Below, piece by piece: positions 44,160 through 53,970 of a DNA stretch of 53,970 nucleotides. How positions within the stretch are numbered: position 1 is the stretch's first letter; every line of letters begins with the position of its first letter. The notes below the pieces were generated by a model. It was not told the DNA's origin, did not search any database, and saw nothing but the letters and a program-made list of their open reading frames with translations. The stretch lies in contig JARXKK010000005.1 of the NCBI GenBank assembly GCA_030278895.1, positions 1 to 53,970 of the forward strand, written 5' to 3'. A program made the position numbers and the translations under genes. Origin of the DNA: Acidobacteriota bacterium (GTDB taxonomy: Bacteria > Acidobacteriota > Thermoanaerobaculia > UBA5066).

Positions 44160-44956
44160 CGTTCGACTCCCGGAGCCGCGGGCTCGTTCGCGAGAAATCG
44201 GCGCGCACGGCGTCCTTCGTCGCTTTCCGGCGCGGCGCTGACCGTGCGCTGCATGTAACGCGCCGCGAGATCGCGCCGGCCGTTAGCCAGGAGACAGACC
44301 GCGGCCTGATAGTTCGCCACCGGATCGCGGGGATCGTTCTTCAGCACCGTCAGAAAATCCTCGAGCGCGCCCTTGAAGTCGTCGAGCTTCACGCGGGCGA
44401 GACCCCGCGCGCGGAACGCGCGGTCGTTGTCCGGCGAGTCGGCGAGCGTGAGCGAGAACTCGCGCTCGGCATCCCGCCAGGACTCGCGCCGGCTGTAGAG
44501 GAGCCCGAGGTTGTAATGCGCGTTGACCTTCTCCGGGGACGGCGGGCCATCGAGGACGGCCTGGAAATCCGTTTCCGCGTCGTTGTAGTGTCCCGCTTCC
44601 AGCTGTGCCACACCTCGGTTGTTCCGCGCCTCGACGAACGTGCCGTCGAGGTGGAGCGCGTCGGAAAAGGCGCTCACAGCGCCCTTGTAGTCCTTCTTGT
44701 AGAGGAGAGCGAGGCCGAGCGCGTTGGGCACGTGCGGATCCCGAGGCGAGCTCGTGCGCGCGCGCTGAAGAAGCGCGATGGCTTCGTCCGCCCGGCCCTC
44801 CCGCAGCATCGCGAGGCCGCTTCGGTAGTCGACAAGGTCCGCGAGACCGGGGTTCTCCTTCGGAGGCATCGAGGCGCTCCCGCATCCGGCGAGCCCCGCC
44901 AGCGCAACGAGAGCGGCACACGAGAGGCGGAGGCCCGCGGCCTTCGACGCTCTCAA
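44156..44956 (-). CDS. TPR lipoprotein (PilF/PilW/Tgl pilotin-like)
   Basis: Lipobox LAGC; TPRs with NALGLAL, EARNNRG, AHYNLG. Confidence 0.8.
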   Translation of the reverse strand: MRASKAAGLRLSCAALVALAGLAGCGSASMPPKENPGLADLVDYRSGLAMLREGRADEAIALLQRARTSSPRDPHVPNALGLALLYKKDYKGAVSAFSDALHLDGTFVEARNNRGVAQLEAGHYNDAETDFQAVLDGPPSPEKVNAHYNLGLLYSRRESWRDAEREFSLTLADSPDNDRAFRARGLARVKLDDFKGALEDFLTVLKNDPRDPVANYQAAVCLLANGRRDLAARYMQRTVSAAPESDEGRRARRFLANEPAAPGVER

Positions 44957-46683
44957 GCAGAGGCCTTCAGAGGAACCTCTTCGCCCAGAAACTCGAAGTC
45001 ACCGGAGGACCACGCCTTGTCGAGCGCGGCGATCACCGCCGGGTCGAACGACTTTCCGGCGAACGACATGATCTGCGTGATGACGTAGTTGATGGGCATC
45101 GCCTTCTGGTAGGGGCGCGTCGTCGTCATCGCGTCGAACGTGTCCGCGACGGCCACGACCCGCGCGACCATCGGGATCCCCTCGCCCTTCAGTCCGTCCG
45201 GATAGCCGCCCCCGGACCACTTTTCGTGGTGGTGCTTGATGCCCGGGATCACGTCCTTGAGCTGCGGAATCTGCCCCATGATGAGCGCGCCCTTGGCCGG
45301 GTGCGTCTTCATGATCTCGAACTCCTCGCTCGTGAGGGCGGTGGGCTTCCGGAGGATGCGGTCGTCGATGCCGATCTTCCCGACGTCGTGAAGCAGGGCC
45401 GACAGGCGCACGACGCGCACCTCTTCCGGCGAGAGGTCCATGTGGCGCGCCAGAACGACGGCGTAGCGCGCGACGCGCTCGGAATGCCCGCGGGTGTACG
45501 GGTCCTTCGCGTCGATGGCGGCCGCAAGCGTCTTCACCGAATTGATGAACAGCTCCTGGTTCTCCTTCGCCGCGAGCTTCAGCTTGTCGACCGACTTCTC
45601 GATCGAGTCGGACATCGAGTTGAACGTCTCGGACAGCTCGGCGAGCTCCCGGACGCCCCGCACCCCGACGCGCTGCTTGAAGCTGCCCTCCGCGATCGAC
45701 CGCACCTTGTCGACGAGCTCGACGAGCGGATGCGCGAGGAGGCGAGCCGCCACGAGGGCCACGATCGCCGCGAAAAAGAGTGAAAACACGGCGATCTTGG
45801 AGGACTCTCTCTTCATCTGGGACACCGACGCATAGGCGGCCGCTTCGTCCTTTTCGACGATGACGCCCCAGTCGGGCGTCGGGATCGTCGCGAGAGTGCC
45901 GAGGACCCGGTGCGCCGTCTTCCCTTCGCCACGCATGTACGACTTCGTGATCCTCACGGGATGCGCGATGAACTCGCTCACGAGGTCGAGCTGGTGCACG
46001 TCCTTCGACTTGAACGCCGAGGCGTCGCTCGTCAGGATGAGCGAGCCCGAGCGGTCCACGACGTACGCGAGGACGCCGCCCCGCCCTTCTTCGTCGAGCT
46101 TCGCCTTGATGGGCCTGAGGGAGAGCAGCGCCTCGACGACGCCTATCGGCTCCTGGCCCTCCGAGGGCCTCACGGGCACGGCGAGGACCAGCGCGCCGTC
46201 CGGATAGGATTTCGGGAAGATCGGGTCGGCCACGTAGGACTCGCCGCGCATCGCGGCGTTGTAGGCCTGCCGGAGCGGGCGCTCGACGTCCGGATCGAGG
46301 GCGCCTCCGTCGGCCGCCGAGGCGACGCCGTCCCGATCGAGCGCCCTGAGAACCGGGAAGCTCGATTCGGCGTCGGCGTACTCCCGGAGAAGCTGCTTCT
46401 TGGACAGGTAGAAGAAGGGATCCGTGGACATCGAGCTCGCGAGCCGGATCCCGTCGGCGATCTTCTTGAGCTGCGACTGCGCGTTCGTGATGTACGTGTC
46501 GAAGCTCTCGGCGAGCGTCACGGAGCTGTTCTTCAGGTACTTCTTCTCGGCCGTCTCCAGGGCATCGCGGTTGATGCCGATGAGGCTGAAGTGCAGGAGG
46601 GCGAGCGGGACGATGGAGACGAGGATCAGCGCGACGAGCAGAGCCGTCACGATCCTCAGGCGCGGAACCCGGGCGACACCCAT
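44953..46683 (-). CDS. Membrane-bound HD-GYP phosphodiesterase with Cache-like sensor and HAMP domains
   Basis: Two TM segments flanking a periplasmic domain, HAMP, DPYTRGHSERV, HDVGK, HHEKWSGGGYP, DTFDAMTTTRPY. Confidence 0.92.
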   Translation of the reverse strand: MGVARVPRLRIVTALLVALILVSIVPLALLHFSLIGINRDALETAEKKYLKNSSVTLAESFDTYITNAQSQLKKIADGIRLASSMSTDPFFYLSKKQLLREYADAESSFPVLRALDRDGVASAADGGALDPDVERPLRQAYNAAMRGESYVADPIFPKSYPDGALVLAVPVRPSEGQEPIGVVEALLSLRPIKAKLDEEGRGGVLAYVVDRSGSLILTSDASAFKSKDVHQLDLVSEFIAHPVRITKSYMRGEGKTAHRVLGTLATIPTPDWGVIVEKDEAAAYASVSQMKRESSKIAVFSLFFAAIVALVAARLLAHPLVELVDKVRSIAEGSFKQRVGVRGVRELAELSETFNSMSDSIEKSVDKLKLAAKENQELFINSVKTLAAAIDAKDPYTRGHSERVARYAVVLARHMDLSPEEVRVVRLSALLHDVGKIGIDDRILRKPTALTSEEFEIMKTHPAKGALIMGQIPQLKDVIPGIKHHHEKWSGGGYPDGLKGEGIPMVARVVAVADTFDAMTTTRPYQKAMPINYVITQIMSFAGKSFDPAVIAALDKAWSSGDFEFLGEEVPLKASA

Positions 46684-47777
46684 CCGACCCTATTGTAACG
46701 CCCCAGCGCCTCATCGAAAGCCCTGGCGAGCTCGGCCGTCTCCACCCTCACGAGCATCGGCCGGCCGGGCCCGGCGAGGAGCACGGCGTTCAGGCCCGCG
46801 CGATCCGCCTTCTTGTCGGCCATGAGCAGGCCCGGCATTCCGCGAACTGCCGCCGGGGAAGGGACGGGCGGCGACACGAGCCGCATGACGCGCTGCATCA
46901 GAGCGTCCGCGGTTCGAGGCGCGAGTCCCGCACGCGCGACCGAAAGTCGAAGGGCGGCCAGGAGCCCCCACGCGACGGCCTCGCCGTGCTGCAAACGATG
47001 GCCCGACGCCGTCTCGAGGGCGTGCCCCACCGTGTGGCCGAGGTTCAGGGCGGCTCTCTCCCCCGTGCGTTCGAATGGATCCCGCCCGACGGCCCGCGCC
47101 TTCACGGCGAGTGAGCGGCGGACGGCCTCCGCCACCGCGGTGGGCTCGCGCGCGGCCAGCGGAACCTCGAGGCGCGCCATCGCGCGGTGGAAGGCCGCGT
47201 CGAGGAACGAAGTCTTCACGACCTCCGCGAGGCCGGAGCGAAATGCGCGAAGGGGAAGCGTCTCGAGCATCGCCGTGTCGACGACGACGAGACGGGGCGC
47301 ATGAAAAGCCCCTACGAGGTTCTTGCCGGAGGGAAGATCCACGGCCGTCTTGCCGCCGAGCGCGCTGTCGCATGCCGCGAGAAGCGTCGTCGGCGCCTGA
47401 ACGACGGGAACACCGCGGAGCGCGAGGGCGGCGGCGAGTCCCGCGACGTCCCCCACGGTGCCGCCTCCGAACGCGACGACTCCCCCGTCGCGCCGGAGGC
47501 CGCGCCGCATCAGCTCCTGAAGCAGCTCGCCAAGAACGTCCCAGGTCTTGGCGGCCTCGCCGTCGGGGACGAAGAGGGGGTTTTTGCTTAAGACCCTCCC
47601 GGCGCCTCCAGCCAGAAGCAACTGGCCATGGAGTTTGAAGATTTTCTTAGAGGTGATGAGAAACCAGCGGCCCTGCGCGATGGCAGCGAGGCGCTTGTCC
47701 AGCCCGGCGTACGCCCCTTCGCCGACGAAGACGTCGGTTCGAGCGCCGGCCGCGACGAAGGAAAAGTCCCTCTTCAC
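46656..47777 (-). CDS. aroB: 3-dehydroquinate synthase
   Basis: GGGTVGD, PTTLLA.CDSALGGKT, GKNLVGAF, LNLGHTVGHALE, HGEAV. Confidence 0.92.
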   Translation of the reverse strand: MKRDFSFVAAGARTDVFVGEGAYAGLDKRLAAIAQGRWFLITSKKIFKLHGQLLLAGGAGRVLSKNPLFVPDGEAAKTWDVLGELLQELMRRGLRRDGGVVAFGGGTVGDVAGLAAALALRGVPVVQAPTTLLAACDSALGGKTAVDLPSGKNLVGAFHAPRLVVVDTAMLETLPLRAFRSGLAEVVKTSFLDAAFHRAMARLEVPLAAREPTAVAEAVRRSLAVKARAVGRDPFERTGERAALNLGHTVGHALETASGHRLQHGEAVAWGLLAALRLSVARAGLAPRTADALMQRVMRLVSPPVPSPAAVRGMPGLLMADKKADRAGLNAVLLAGPGRPMLVRVETAELARAFDEALGRYNRVGWVSPGFRA

Positions 47778-47802
47778 CTTCTAAGAAATCTTCTCTTTTC
47801 TC
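47637..47802. repeat. Convergent motif pair spanning the aroB start
   Basis: GAAGATTTTCTTAGAGG 47637-47653 and CCTTCTAAGAAATCTTCTCTTTTCTC 47777-47802. Confidence 0.75.
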
Positions 47803-47819
47803 AACAAAACGTATTCTCT

Positions 47820-49583
47820 TCAGCCCTCGGTCTTCGGCGGCTTCGCGAGCGCGATGTGGAGCTCGGCGAGCTGCTCGGGCGCGACGGGATTCGGGCAATC
47901 CGTCATGAGATCCGTGCCGGAGGCCGTCTTTGGAAACGCGATGACGTCGCGGATGGACGTCGAGCCGGTCAGGATCATCAGCATGCGGTCGAGGCCGAGC
48001 GCGATTCCTCCGTGCGGCGGCGCGCCGAAGCGGAACGCCTCGAGCAAAAAGCCGAACTTCGCGCGCGCCTCCTCCGGCCCGATGCCGAGCCTGGCAAAGA
48101 TGCGCGACTGCACGTCGGAGCGGTGGATCCGGATCGACCCGCCCCCCAGCTCCATGCCGTTCAACACGACGTCGTACGCGCGCGCCTTCACGCGGCCGGG
48201 ATCGCTCTCGAGGAACGGAAGGTCCTCTTCGCGCGGCGACGTGAACGGGTGGTGCGTCGCGTACCAGCGCGCGTCCTCCGGGTGCCATTCGAGGAGCGGG
48301 AAGTCCGTGACCCAGAGGAAGTCGTAGCGCCCTTCGGGAATCAGCTTCTCCTCGCGGGCGATCTGGAGACGGAGCGAGCCGAGGAAATCGAAAACTGACT
48401 TCGATTTTCCAGCGGCAAGAAAGACGAGGTCGCTCTCGCCCGCACCGAACGAGGCGCGCATGCGTTCGATCGCAGCGTCGTCGAAGAATTTCTTAGAGTT
48501 GGAATTCCAGCTGCCGGGACCGGCCGTCTTCACCCAGAAAAACCACTCGACTCCCGCCGCCCGCGCCCCCTTCTCGATGTCGTCGAGGCGCTTGCGGGAA
48601 AACGAGGCACCTCCGGGCACGCACAGGCCCTTGACTCTTTCAACCTTCGAAGAAATCTTCTCTTCGAACCCCGGGAAATTGCCGAGCTCGAGCCCGAACC
48701 TCGTATCCGGCCGGTCGATCCCGAAGCGTTCCATGGCCTCGTCGTACGTCATCCGCCGGAACGGGGCCTCGCACGCGATACCCCACTTCGGGAAGACGCG
48801 GGTGAAAACCTTCTCGATGAGGGCGTACACCGTCTCCTCCGTCGGGAACGAGATCTCGACGTCGACCTGCGTGAACTCCAGCTGCCGGTCGGCGCGCAGG
48901 TCCTCGTCGCGGAAGCAGCGCGCGATCTGGTAGTAGCGCTCCAGCCCCGCGACCATGAGGAGCTGCTTGAACAGCTGCGGGGACTGCGGGAGCGCGTAGA
49001 ACTCACCCTCGTGGATTCGCGACGGAACGAGGAAGTCGCGCGCGCCCTCCGGGGTCGACTTCGTGAGGATCGGCGTCTCGACGTCGAGGAAGCCCTCCTC
49101 GTGCAGGACCTCGCGGATCGCCATCGTGACCGCGCTGCGCGCGACGAACCGCTGTGTCATCTCCGGGCGGCGCAGGTCGAGGTAGCGGTACTTGAGCCGG
49201 AGGTCCTCGGCGGCCTTGATCCCGTCCTCGATCGGGAACGGCGGCGTGTCCGCGCGGTTCAGGATCACGAGGGCCGTCGCGCGCACCTCGATCGCACCGG
49301 TGGGAAGGTCCTTGTTCACGGCGTCGGCATCGCGGGCGACGACGCTTCCCGTGACGTCCACGACGAACTCGCTTCGAAGCTCCTTGGCCAGGGCGAGGAG
49401 GGCGGCGTCGGGGATGAACCGGGCGTCGAAGACGGCCTGGGCGAGGCCCGAGCGGTCGCGGAGATCGATGAAGACGAGCTCGCCGTGGTCGCGGCGGCGG
49501 TTGACCCAGCCCATGAGGCGCACGGTCTTTCCGACGTGCTCGGGCCTGAGGGTTCCGGCGGGTGTTCGTGAGGGAGCGGACAT
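47820..49583 (-). CDS. aspS: Aspartate-tRNA ligase (possibly non-discriminating Asp/Asn)
   Basis: [51 protein letters not shown]; start MSAPSR. Confidence 0.96.
   Translation of the reverse strand: MSAPSRTPAGTLRPEHVGKTVRLMGWVNRRRDHGELVFIDLRDRSGLAQAVFDARFIPDAALLALAKELRSEFVVDVTGSVVARDADAVNKDLPTGAIEVRATALVILNRADTPPFPIEDGIKAAEDLRLKYRYLDLRRPEMTQRFVARSAVTMAIREVLHEEGFLDVETPILTKSTPEGARDFLVPSRIHEGEFYALPQSPQLFKQLLMVAGLERYYQIARCFRDEDLRADRQLEFTQVDVEISFPTEETVYALIEKVFTRVFPKWGIACEAPFRRMTYDEAMERFGIDRPDTRFGLELGNFPGFEEKISSKVERVKGLCVPGGASFSRKRLDDIEKGARAAGVEWFFWVKTAGPGSWNSNSKKFFDDAAIERMRASFGAGESDLVFLAAGKSKSVFDFLGSLRLQIAREEKLIPEGRYDFLWVTDFPLLEWHPEDARWYATHHPFTSPREEDLPFLESDPGRVKARAYDVVLNGMELGGGSIRIHRSDVQSRIFARLGIGPEEARAKFGFLLEAFRFGAPPHGGIALGLDRMLMILTGSTSIRDVIAFPKTASGTDLMTDCPNPVAPEQLAELHIALAKPPKTEG
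48483..48665. repeat. Convergent motif pair inside aspS (insertion-domain region)
   Basis: GAAGAATTTCTTAGAG 48483-48498 and CCTTCGAAGAAATCTTCTCTTC 48644-48665. Confidence 0.7.
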
Positions 49584-49594
49584 GGCCGCGGATC

Positions 49595-50866
49595 TTACAG
49601 ACGTGCCTGGAGCACGGCGGCGAGGCCCTCGCGCGGCAGCTCTTCCTGAGACCGCGTCGCGAGCGTCTTGACGACGACGGTTCCGCGAAGACCTTCCTCC
49701 TGACCGACGAGGACGGCAATGACTGCTCCGGATTTCTCGGCTGACTTGAGGGCCTGGCCGACACCCCGGTGCCCGGAATGGAAATCGACTGGGAGACCCG
49801 CCCCGCGAAGGAGCCTTGCGATTCCCCATGCGTCGGGCATATCTGCGCTGCCGACCGGAACGACCGCGATCGCGCGCATGCCTTCGAGGGCCTTCTTCCG
49901 GAAAGGCTCGGGCAGAACGTCGACGAGGCGATCCTCGCCGATGGCGAATCCGATCCCGGGAGTTTTCGGCCCTCCCAGATCGGAGATGAGCTTGTCGTAA
50001 CGGCCGCCGCCGAGAAGAGCGTTTTGGGCGCCGAGGCCCTCGGCGGTCACCTCGAAAACCGTACGGGTGTAGTAGTCGAGACCCCGGACCAGAAGAGGAT
50101 CTTCTTTAAAAGTGACCTTGCTGGCGACCAGAAGCGCTTTGAGTTCGCGGTGGTGCGCATCCGAGGCGGGATCCAGCGTTGGCAGAAGATCGACCATCTT
50201 CGGAAAGGTCTCCGAAGCGACGAGCTGCTTGACGGCAGGATCCTTCGAGTCGAGGACCCGCAGCGGGTTGTCGGCGAGGCGCCGCCGGTCGTCCTCGCCG
50301 AGCGTCTTCTCATTCGAAGAGAAAAACGTCCTCACGGCCTCGACGTACGCCGGCCGCGTGGCTTCAGTCCCGACCGAATTGATCGAAACCGAAAGGCCCG
50401 TGAAGCCAAGACGTCCGAGGAAATCGAACAGCATGACGATGACCTCGGCGTCCATCACCGCCGTCGGGTCGCCAAGCACTTCCGCGCCGATCTGCCGGAA
50501 TTCCCTGTATCGGCCCTTCTGCGGCCTCTCGTACCGGAACTGCGGACCCATGTAGTAGAGCTTCCAGGGCCGCCCCGCCTGCGCGAGAGAGTGCTCGACG
50601 TAGGCGCGTGCCACTCCCGCCGTGTTCTCGGGCCGGAGCGTGACGGAACGGTCGCCCCGGTCCGTGAACGTGTACATCTCCTTGTGGACGATGTCGGACG
50701 ACTCCCCCACGCTCCGCACGAAGAGCTCCGTGGACTCGAGGACCGGAGTGCGGATCTCATCGAATCCGTAGAGCGCGAAGACGTCGCGGGCCGCCGCCTC
50801 CACACGATTCCAGACGCGCGTATCGGGGGGCAGGAGATCCCGCGTGCCCTTGACGCTGGTGATCAC
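49595..50866 (-). CDS. hisS: Histidine-tRNA ligase
   Basis: [46 protein letters not shown]. Confidence 0.96.
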   Translation of the reverse strand: MITSVKGTRDLLPPDTRVWNRVEAAARDVFALYGFDEIRTPVLESTELFVRSVGESSDIVHKEMYTFTDRGDRSVTLRPENTAGVARAYVEHSLAQAGRPWKLYYMGPQFRYERPQKGRYREFRQIGAEVLGDPTAVMDAEVIVMLFDFLGRLGFTGLSVSINSVGTEATRPAYVEAVRTFFSSNEKTLGEDDRRRLADNPLRVLDSKDPAVKQLVASETFPKMVDLLPTLDPASDAHHRELKALLVASKVTFKEDPLLVRGLDYYTRTVFEVTAEGLGAQNALLGGGRYDKLISDLGGPKTPGIGFAIGEDRLVDVLPEPFRKKALEGMRAIAVVPVGSADMPDAWGIARLLRGAGLPVDFHSGHRGVGQALKSAEKSGAVIAVLVGQEEGLRGTVVVKTLATRSQEELPREGLAAVLQARL

Positions 50867-51384
50867 GACGGATCGGCGCGGAGGTACTCCGCCTTGTACT
50901 CGAGGTAGTTCTTCCAGTAGGTCTTCAGCCCCTCGACTTCGTCCGGCGAGAGGTCGCGTTTCCGCTTCGCGGGGTTGCCCGCCCAGAGCGTGGCGGGTGG
51001 AATCAGCGTGCCCGGCAGGACGACCGCTCCCGCCGCGACGAGAGCGCTCGCGCCGACGTCGGCGTCGTCCAGCACCGTGGCATTCATGCCGATGAGCGCG
51101 CCCCGGCGGATCGTGCAGGCGTGCACGACCGCGTTGTGCCCGAGCGTGACTTCCTCCTCGAGGACGAGAGGACCGGTCGTGTTCGTCACGTGGAGGGTGC
51201 AGTTGTCCTGCACGTTCGAGCGCGCGCCGATCCGGATGTGGCAGCAGTCCCCGCGCACGACGGAAGAGAACCAGATCGAGACGTCGTCGCCGAGGACGAC
51301 GTCGCCGATGACCGCTGCGGTCTCGGCTATGAAGACGCGCGCGCCGAGCTTCGGAGAAATGCCGCGGTAGGGCCGTAACGTCAT
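50863..51384 (-). CDS. Gamma carbonic anhydrase family protein (YrdA-like)
   Basis: IGDVVLGDDVSIWFSSVVRGD, NVQDNCTLH, LGHNAVVHAC, AGNPA; start MTLRPY. Confidence 0.92.
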   Translation of the reverse strand: MTLRPYRGISPKLGARVFIAETAAVIGDVVLGDDVSIWFSSVVRGDCCHIRIGARSNVQDNCTLHVTNTTGPLVLEEEVTLGHNAVVHACTIRRGALIGMNATVLDDADVGASALVAAGAVVLPGTLIPPATLWAGNPAKRKRDLSPDEVEGLKTYWKNYLEYKAEYLRADPS

Positions 51385-51631
51385 CGGAATCGCACGATAC
51401 CAAAGCCGAAAACGGCGGGATTCGGACCGCTGCACAGGCAACTGTGCGAAGCGGAAAAACCCATGTAAAAACGGCGCTTCAGGCCTGTTTTTGGTATGCA
51501 ACGCACAGGCTTTTCCACAGATCCGTTGAAATCTACTAAATAGCCTGAAACCATACGTTTACGCACCTGAAAAGCACAATCTACGGGGAATTCCTAGCGA
51601 AACAATCTCATCGTCGAAAAGGCGGCCGACC
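51385..51631. promoter_or_regulatory. AT-rich intergenic region with DnaA-box-like sites; candidate oriC
   Basis: TTTTCCACA 51511-51519 matches TTWTNCACA; degenerate boxes at 51428-51436, 51444-51452 (reverse), 51499-51507; AT-rich tract 51526-51582. Confidence 0.45.
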
Positions 51632-53422
51632 TCACGCCTTGCGCCGGACCGCGGGACGTCCTGGGCCGAAGTTCGCGAAAACGCCGAGGAGCTGCCGAGC
51701 CTGCGCCCGCGCCGCTTCCCCGACCGAAGCACCGGCGAGGAGCGCGGCGACGGCCTCGACGCGTCCCCCGCCGTCGAGCGCCTCCACGCGCGTCCGGGTA
51801 CGGCCCTTCGCCGCTTCTTTCGAAACGGAGAAGTGCCGCTCCCCGGCCGCCGCCACCTGCGCGAGATGCGTGACGACGAGGATTTGCTCCTTCGCCGCGA
51901 GGCCCCGCAGCTTCCGGCCGACGGCCTCGGCCGTAGCGCCTGAGACTCCCGCGTCGACCTCGTCGAACACGAACGTCCGGACCGGTCCGCCTCGGCGCGG
52001 GGGGCCACCCTCCTCGCTTGCCGCCTCTTCCGCGGCGAGGGCCGCCGCGAGCGCGAGCTGGACGCGCGACAACTCGCCGCCCGAGGCGATCTTCTGGAGC
52101 GGACGAGCCGGCTCTCCGGGATTCGGAGCGAAGACGAACCCCACCTGATCGATTCCGTGCGCGCCGAACGAGACGCCCCGGCCTCCCGCCGCGAAGCGGC
52201 TCTCGTCCTCCTCGTGGCGCGAGACGGCCGCCGAGAACGACGACTTCAGGAACGCGAGGTCGCGGAGATGCGTCTCCACGGCGCGGCCGAGCCGGGGCGC
52301 GGCAGCCTCGCGGGCGGCGGACAGGTCCAGCGCGGCCTTCCGGTAGGCCGCGAAGGCTCTCTCCGCGGCGTCCTCCGCCTTTCGGATGGTGCCCTCGAGG
52401 TCGGCGAGCTCGTCCCTCTCGCGGCCGAGGGCCTGGCGTTTCTCCAGCACTTCCGCGAGCGTCGGGCCATATCTCCTTTTCAATTTGGCGAGGGCGTCGA
52501 GGCGTTCCGCGACGAACGCGGCCCTCGCGGGATCGGCTTCGAGGCCCTCGAGGTCGCGGGAGGCTTCGAAAGCGGCCTGGACCATCGTCTCGATTGCGCC
52601 CGCAAGCGCCGCGCTCCGGGAGGCGTACGAAGAATCGATTTCTTCGAGCTGTTGAAGAGCACGCCGCGCGGCCGAAGCCGCCGCGATCGCTCCATTCTCG
52701 TCGGACTCCAGCGCGCCCGTGGCCGCCGAGAGAAGCTGGCCCACCTTCTCGACGTTCGCCAGTTTCTTCCTTTCAGAAGAAATCTCCTCGTCTTCCCCTT
52801 CTTTAGGCTCGACCTTGTCGATCTCCGCCATCTGGAAGTCGATGAGCTCGAGCCGCTTCGCGCGATCCGCCGCGGAGCCTTCCAGGCGTTCGACCTCTCC
52901 CCGGCGCGCGCGCCACTCGCGAAAGAGCGCGGCCGCCGCCGCCGACTTCTCCTCGAGGCCCGCGTAGCGGTCGAGGAGCTGGCGCGGCGCGTCGGGATCG
53001 AGGAGATCCCGCGCCTCCGCCTGCCCGTGGAGGACGAGGAGGCGTGGCGCGATCTCCTGCAGCGTCTTCAGGGCCGCCGGCGATCCGTTCACGAGGAGAC
53101 GGCCCTTGCCCCCGGCAGCCACCTCGCGCCGCACGACGACCTCGAACGCCCCGCGGCCTCCCTCCTCGAGGAGCCCGGCGTCCGTCAGGATCGCCCGCGC
53201 CTCCGGATCGTCGCAGTCGAAGGCGCCTTCCACGACGAGCCGCTCGGCGCCTCCCCGCACGAGCGCGGGGTCGGCGCGCCCGCCCGCGAGAAGCGTCAAG
53301 GCGTCGACGACGAGCGACTTGCCCGCTCCCGTCTCTCCCGTCAGGACGGTCAGGCCTTCGGCGAACGCCACCTCGACGTCCTCGAGGACCGCGAGGTCAC
53401 GGACGCGGAGCGACGTGAGCAC
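51632..53422 (-). CDS. recN: DNA repair protein RecN
   Basis: LTGETGAGKS, LHGQ, coiled coil, PNPGEP..PLQKIASGGELSR, FDEVDAGVSG, VTHLAQVAA. Confidence 0.96.
   Translation of the reverse strand: MLTSLRVRDLAVLEDVEVAFAEGLTVLTGETGAGKSLVVDALTLLAGGRADPALVRGGAERLVVEGAFDCDDPEARAILTDAGLLEEGGRGAFEVVVRREVAAGGKGRLLVNGSPAALKTLQEIAPRLLVLHGQAEARDLLDPDAPRQLLDRYAGLEEKSAAAAALFREWRARRGEVERLEGSAADRAKRLELIDFQMAEIDKVEPKEGEDEEISSERKKLANVEKVGQLLSAATGALESDENGAIAAASAARRALQQLEEIDSSYASRSAALAGAIETMVQAAFEASRDLEGLEADPARAAFVAERLDALAKLKRRYGPTLAEVLEKRQALGRERDELADLEGTIRKAEDAAERAFAAYRKAALDLSAAREAAAPRLGRAVETHLRDLAFLKSSFSAAVSRHEEDESRFAAGGRGVSFGAHGIDQVGFVFAPNPGEPARPLQKIASGGELSRVQLALAAALAAEEAASEEGGPPRRGGPVRTFVFDEVDAGVSGATAEAVGRKLRGLAAKEQILVVTHLAQVAAAGERHFSVSKEAAKGRTRTRVEALDGGGRVEAVAALLAGASVGEAARAQARQLLGVFANFGPGRPAVRRKA
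52637..52804. repeat. Convergent motif pair inside recN
   Basis: GATTTCTTCGAG from 52637 and CCTTTCAGAAGAAATCTCCTCGTCTTCCCCTTCTTT 52769-52804. Confidence 0.55.
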
Positions 53423-53425
53423 GAA

Positions 53426-53970
53426 TCAGCGGCCGCGGCGCCCGCCGCCCGCGCCGGCCTGTCTCCCGCGCAGCCAGCGGAGCGTCATCCCCAGCCCGAA
53501 GGACGTGGCGCCGACGGGATAGCCGGCGTAGTCGAGGGAGTAGTAGGCCGTGCCGGCGATGTCGAGATGAGCCCACGGGGTCTTGGCGTCTACGAATTCC
53601 TTGAGGAACATCGCCCCGTTGATCGAGCCGCCCCAGCGGCCGCCCGTGTTCTTCATGTCCGCCCAGTCGGACTTGATGTTCTCCTTGTACTCCTCCCACA
53701 TCGGCAGGCGCCAGAGGCGCTCGTCGGTCGTCTCGCCGGCGCTCACGAGCTCCTTCGCCAAGGCGTCGTCGTCCGTGAAGACGATGGCCGCTTCGAGCCC
53801 CAGTGCCACCAGCGCGGCGCCCGTGAGCGTCGCGTAGTCGAGGATCACGGCCGGCTTCCACTCGGCGGCGTAGTCGAGCGCGTCCGCGAGGATGACCCTG
53901 CCCTCGGCGTCCGTGTTGTCGATCTCGGCGGTCTTGCCGTTCCGGAAGCGGACGATGTCGCCCGGCTTGT
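53426..53970 (-). CDS. pepA: Leucyl aminopeptidase (M17), 5' end outside the window
   Basis: KPGDIV...[35 protein letters not shown]. Confidence 0.93.
   Translation of the reverse strand, partial: KPGDIVRFRNGKTAEIDNTDAEGRVILADALDYAAEWKPAVILDYATLTGAALVALGLEAAIVFTDDDALAKELVSAGETTDERLWRLPMWEEYKENIKSDWADMKNTGGRWGGSINGAMFLKEFVDAKTPWAHLDIAGTAYYSLDYAGYPVGATSFGLGMTLRWLRGRQAGAGGGRRGR

Noticed and set aside
51540-51567. dif-like site (minus strand begins GGTGCGTAAAC)
   Set aside because: Only the XerC-side start resembles dif; the conserved XerD arm TTATGTTAAAT is absent

Overview
High-GC bacterial core-genome window with about 50 CDSs and one tRNA-Leu(CAA). The gene content (VWA-family exported protein, GGV-repeat TonB, MglA) suggests Acidobacteriota; this is inference. 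No transposase, integrase, prophage or CRISPR array was seen. Main loci: hrcA-grpE-dnaK-dnaJ-prmA-rsmE (minus); a C-terminally extended MglA GTPase, MltD-like transglycosylase, comM, M23 peptidase, secA and guaB (plus); carD-hypothetical-TPR-rarA-frameshifted TlpA (minus); an MgtE-cytosolic-domain/NRAMP pair; nnr-tsaE; TPR-TonB-ExbB-ExbD-ExbD followed by a membrane pyrophosphatase; and a long minus-strand run from pepA to hemW (recN, hisS, aspS, aroB, HD-GYP, TPR, roadblock, ftsY, ribD, ribE). The most unusual signal is not a gene. A degenerate AT/purine-rich DNA motif (approx. purine tract-GAAGA(T)TTTCTTAGAAGG) is written into coding sequences in different frames. It produces nearly the same peptide in two unrelated proteins and repeatedly occurs as convergent pairs about 135-140 bp apart. 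Also noted: a candidate oriC between the gamma-carbonic-anhydrase-like gene and recN, and many apparently leaderless genes. All motif counts and spacings were made by eye and need computational confirmation.
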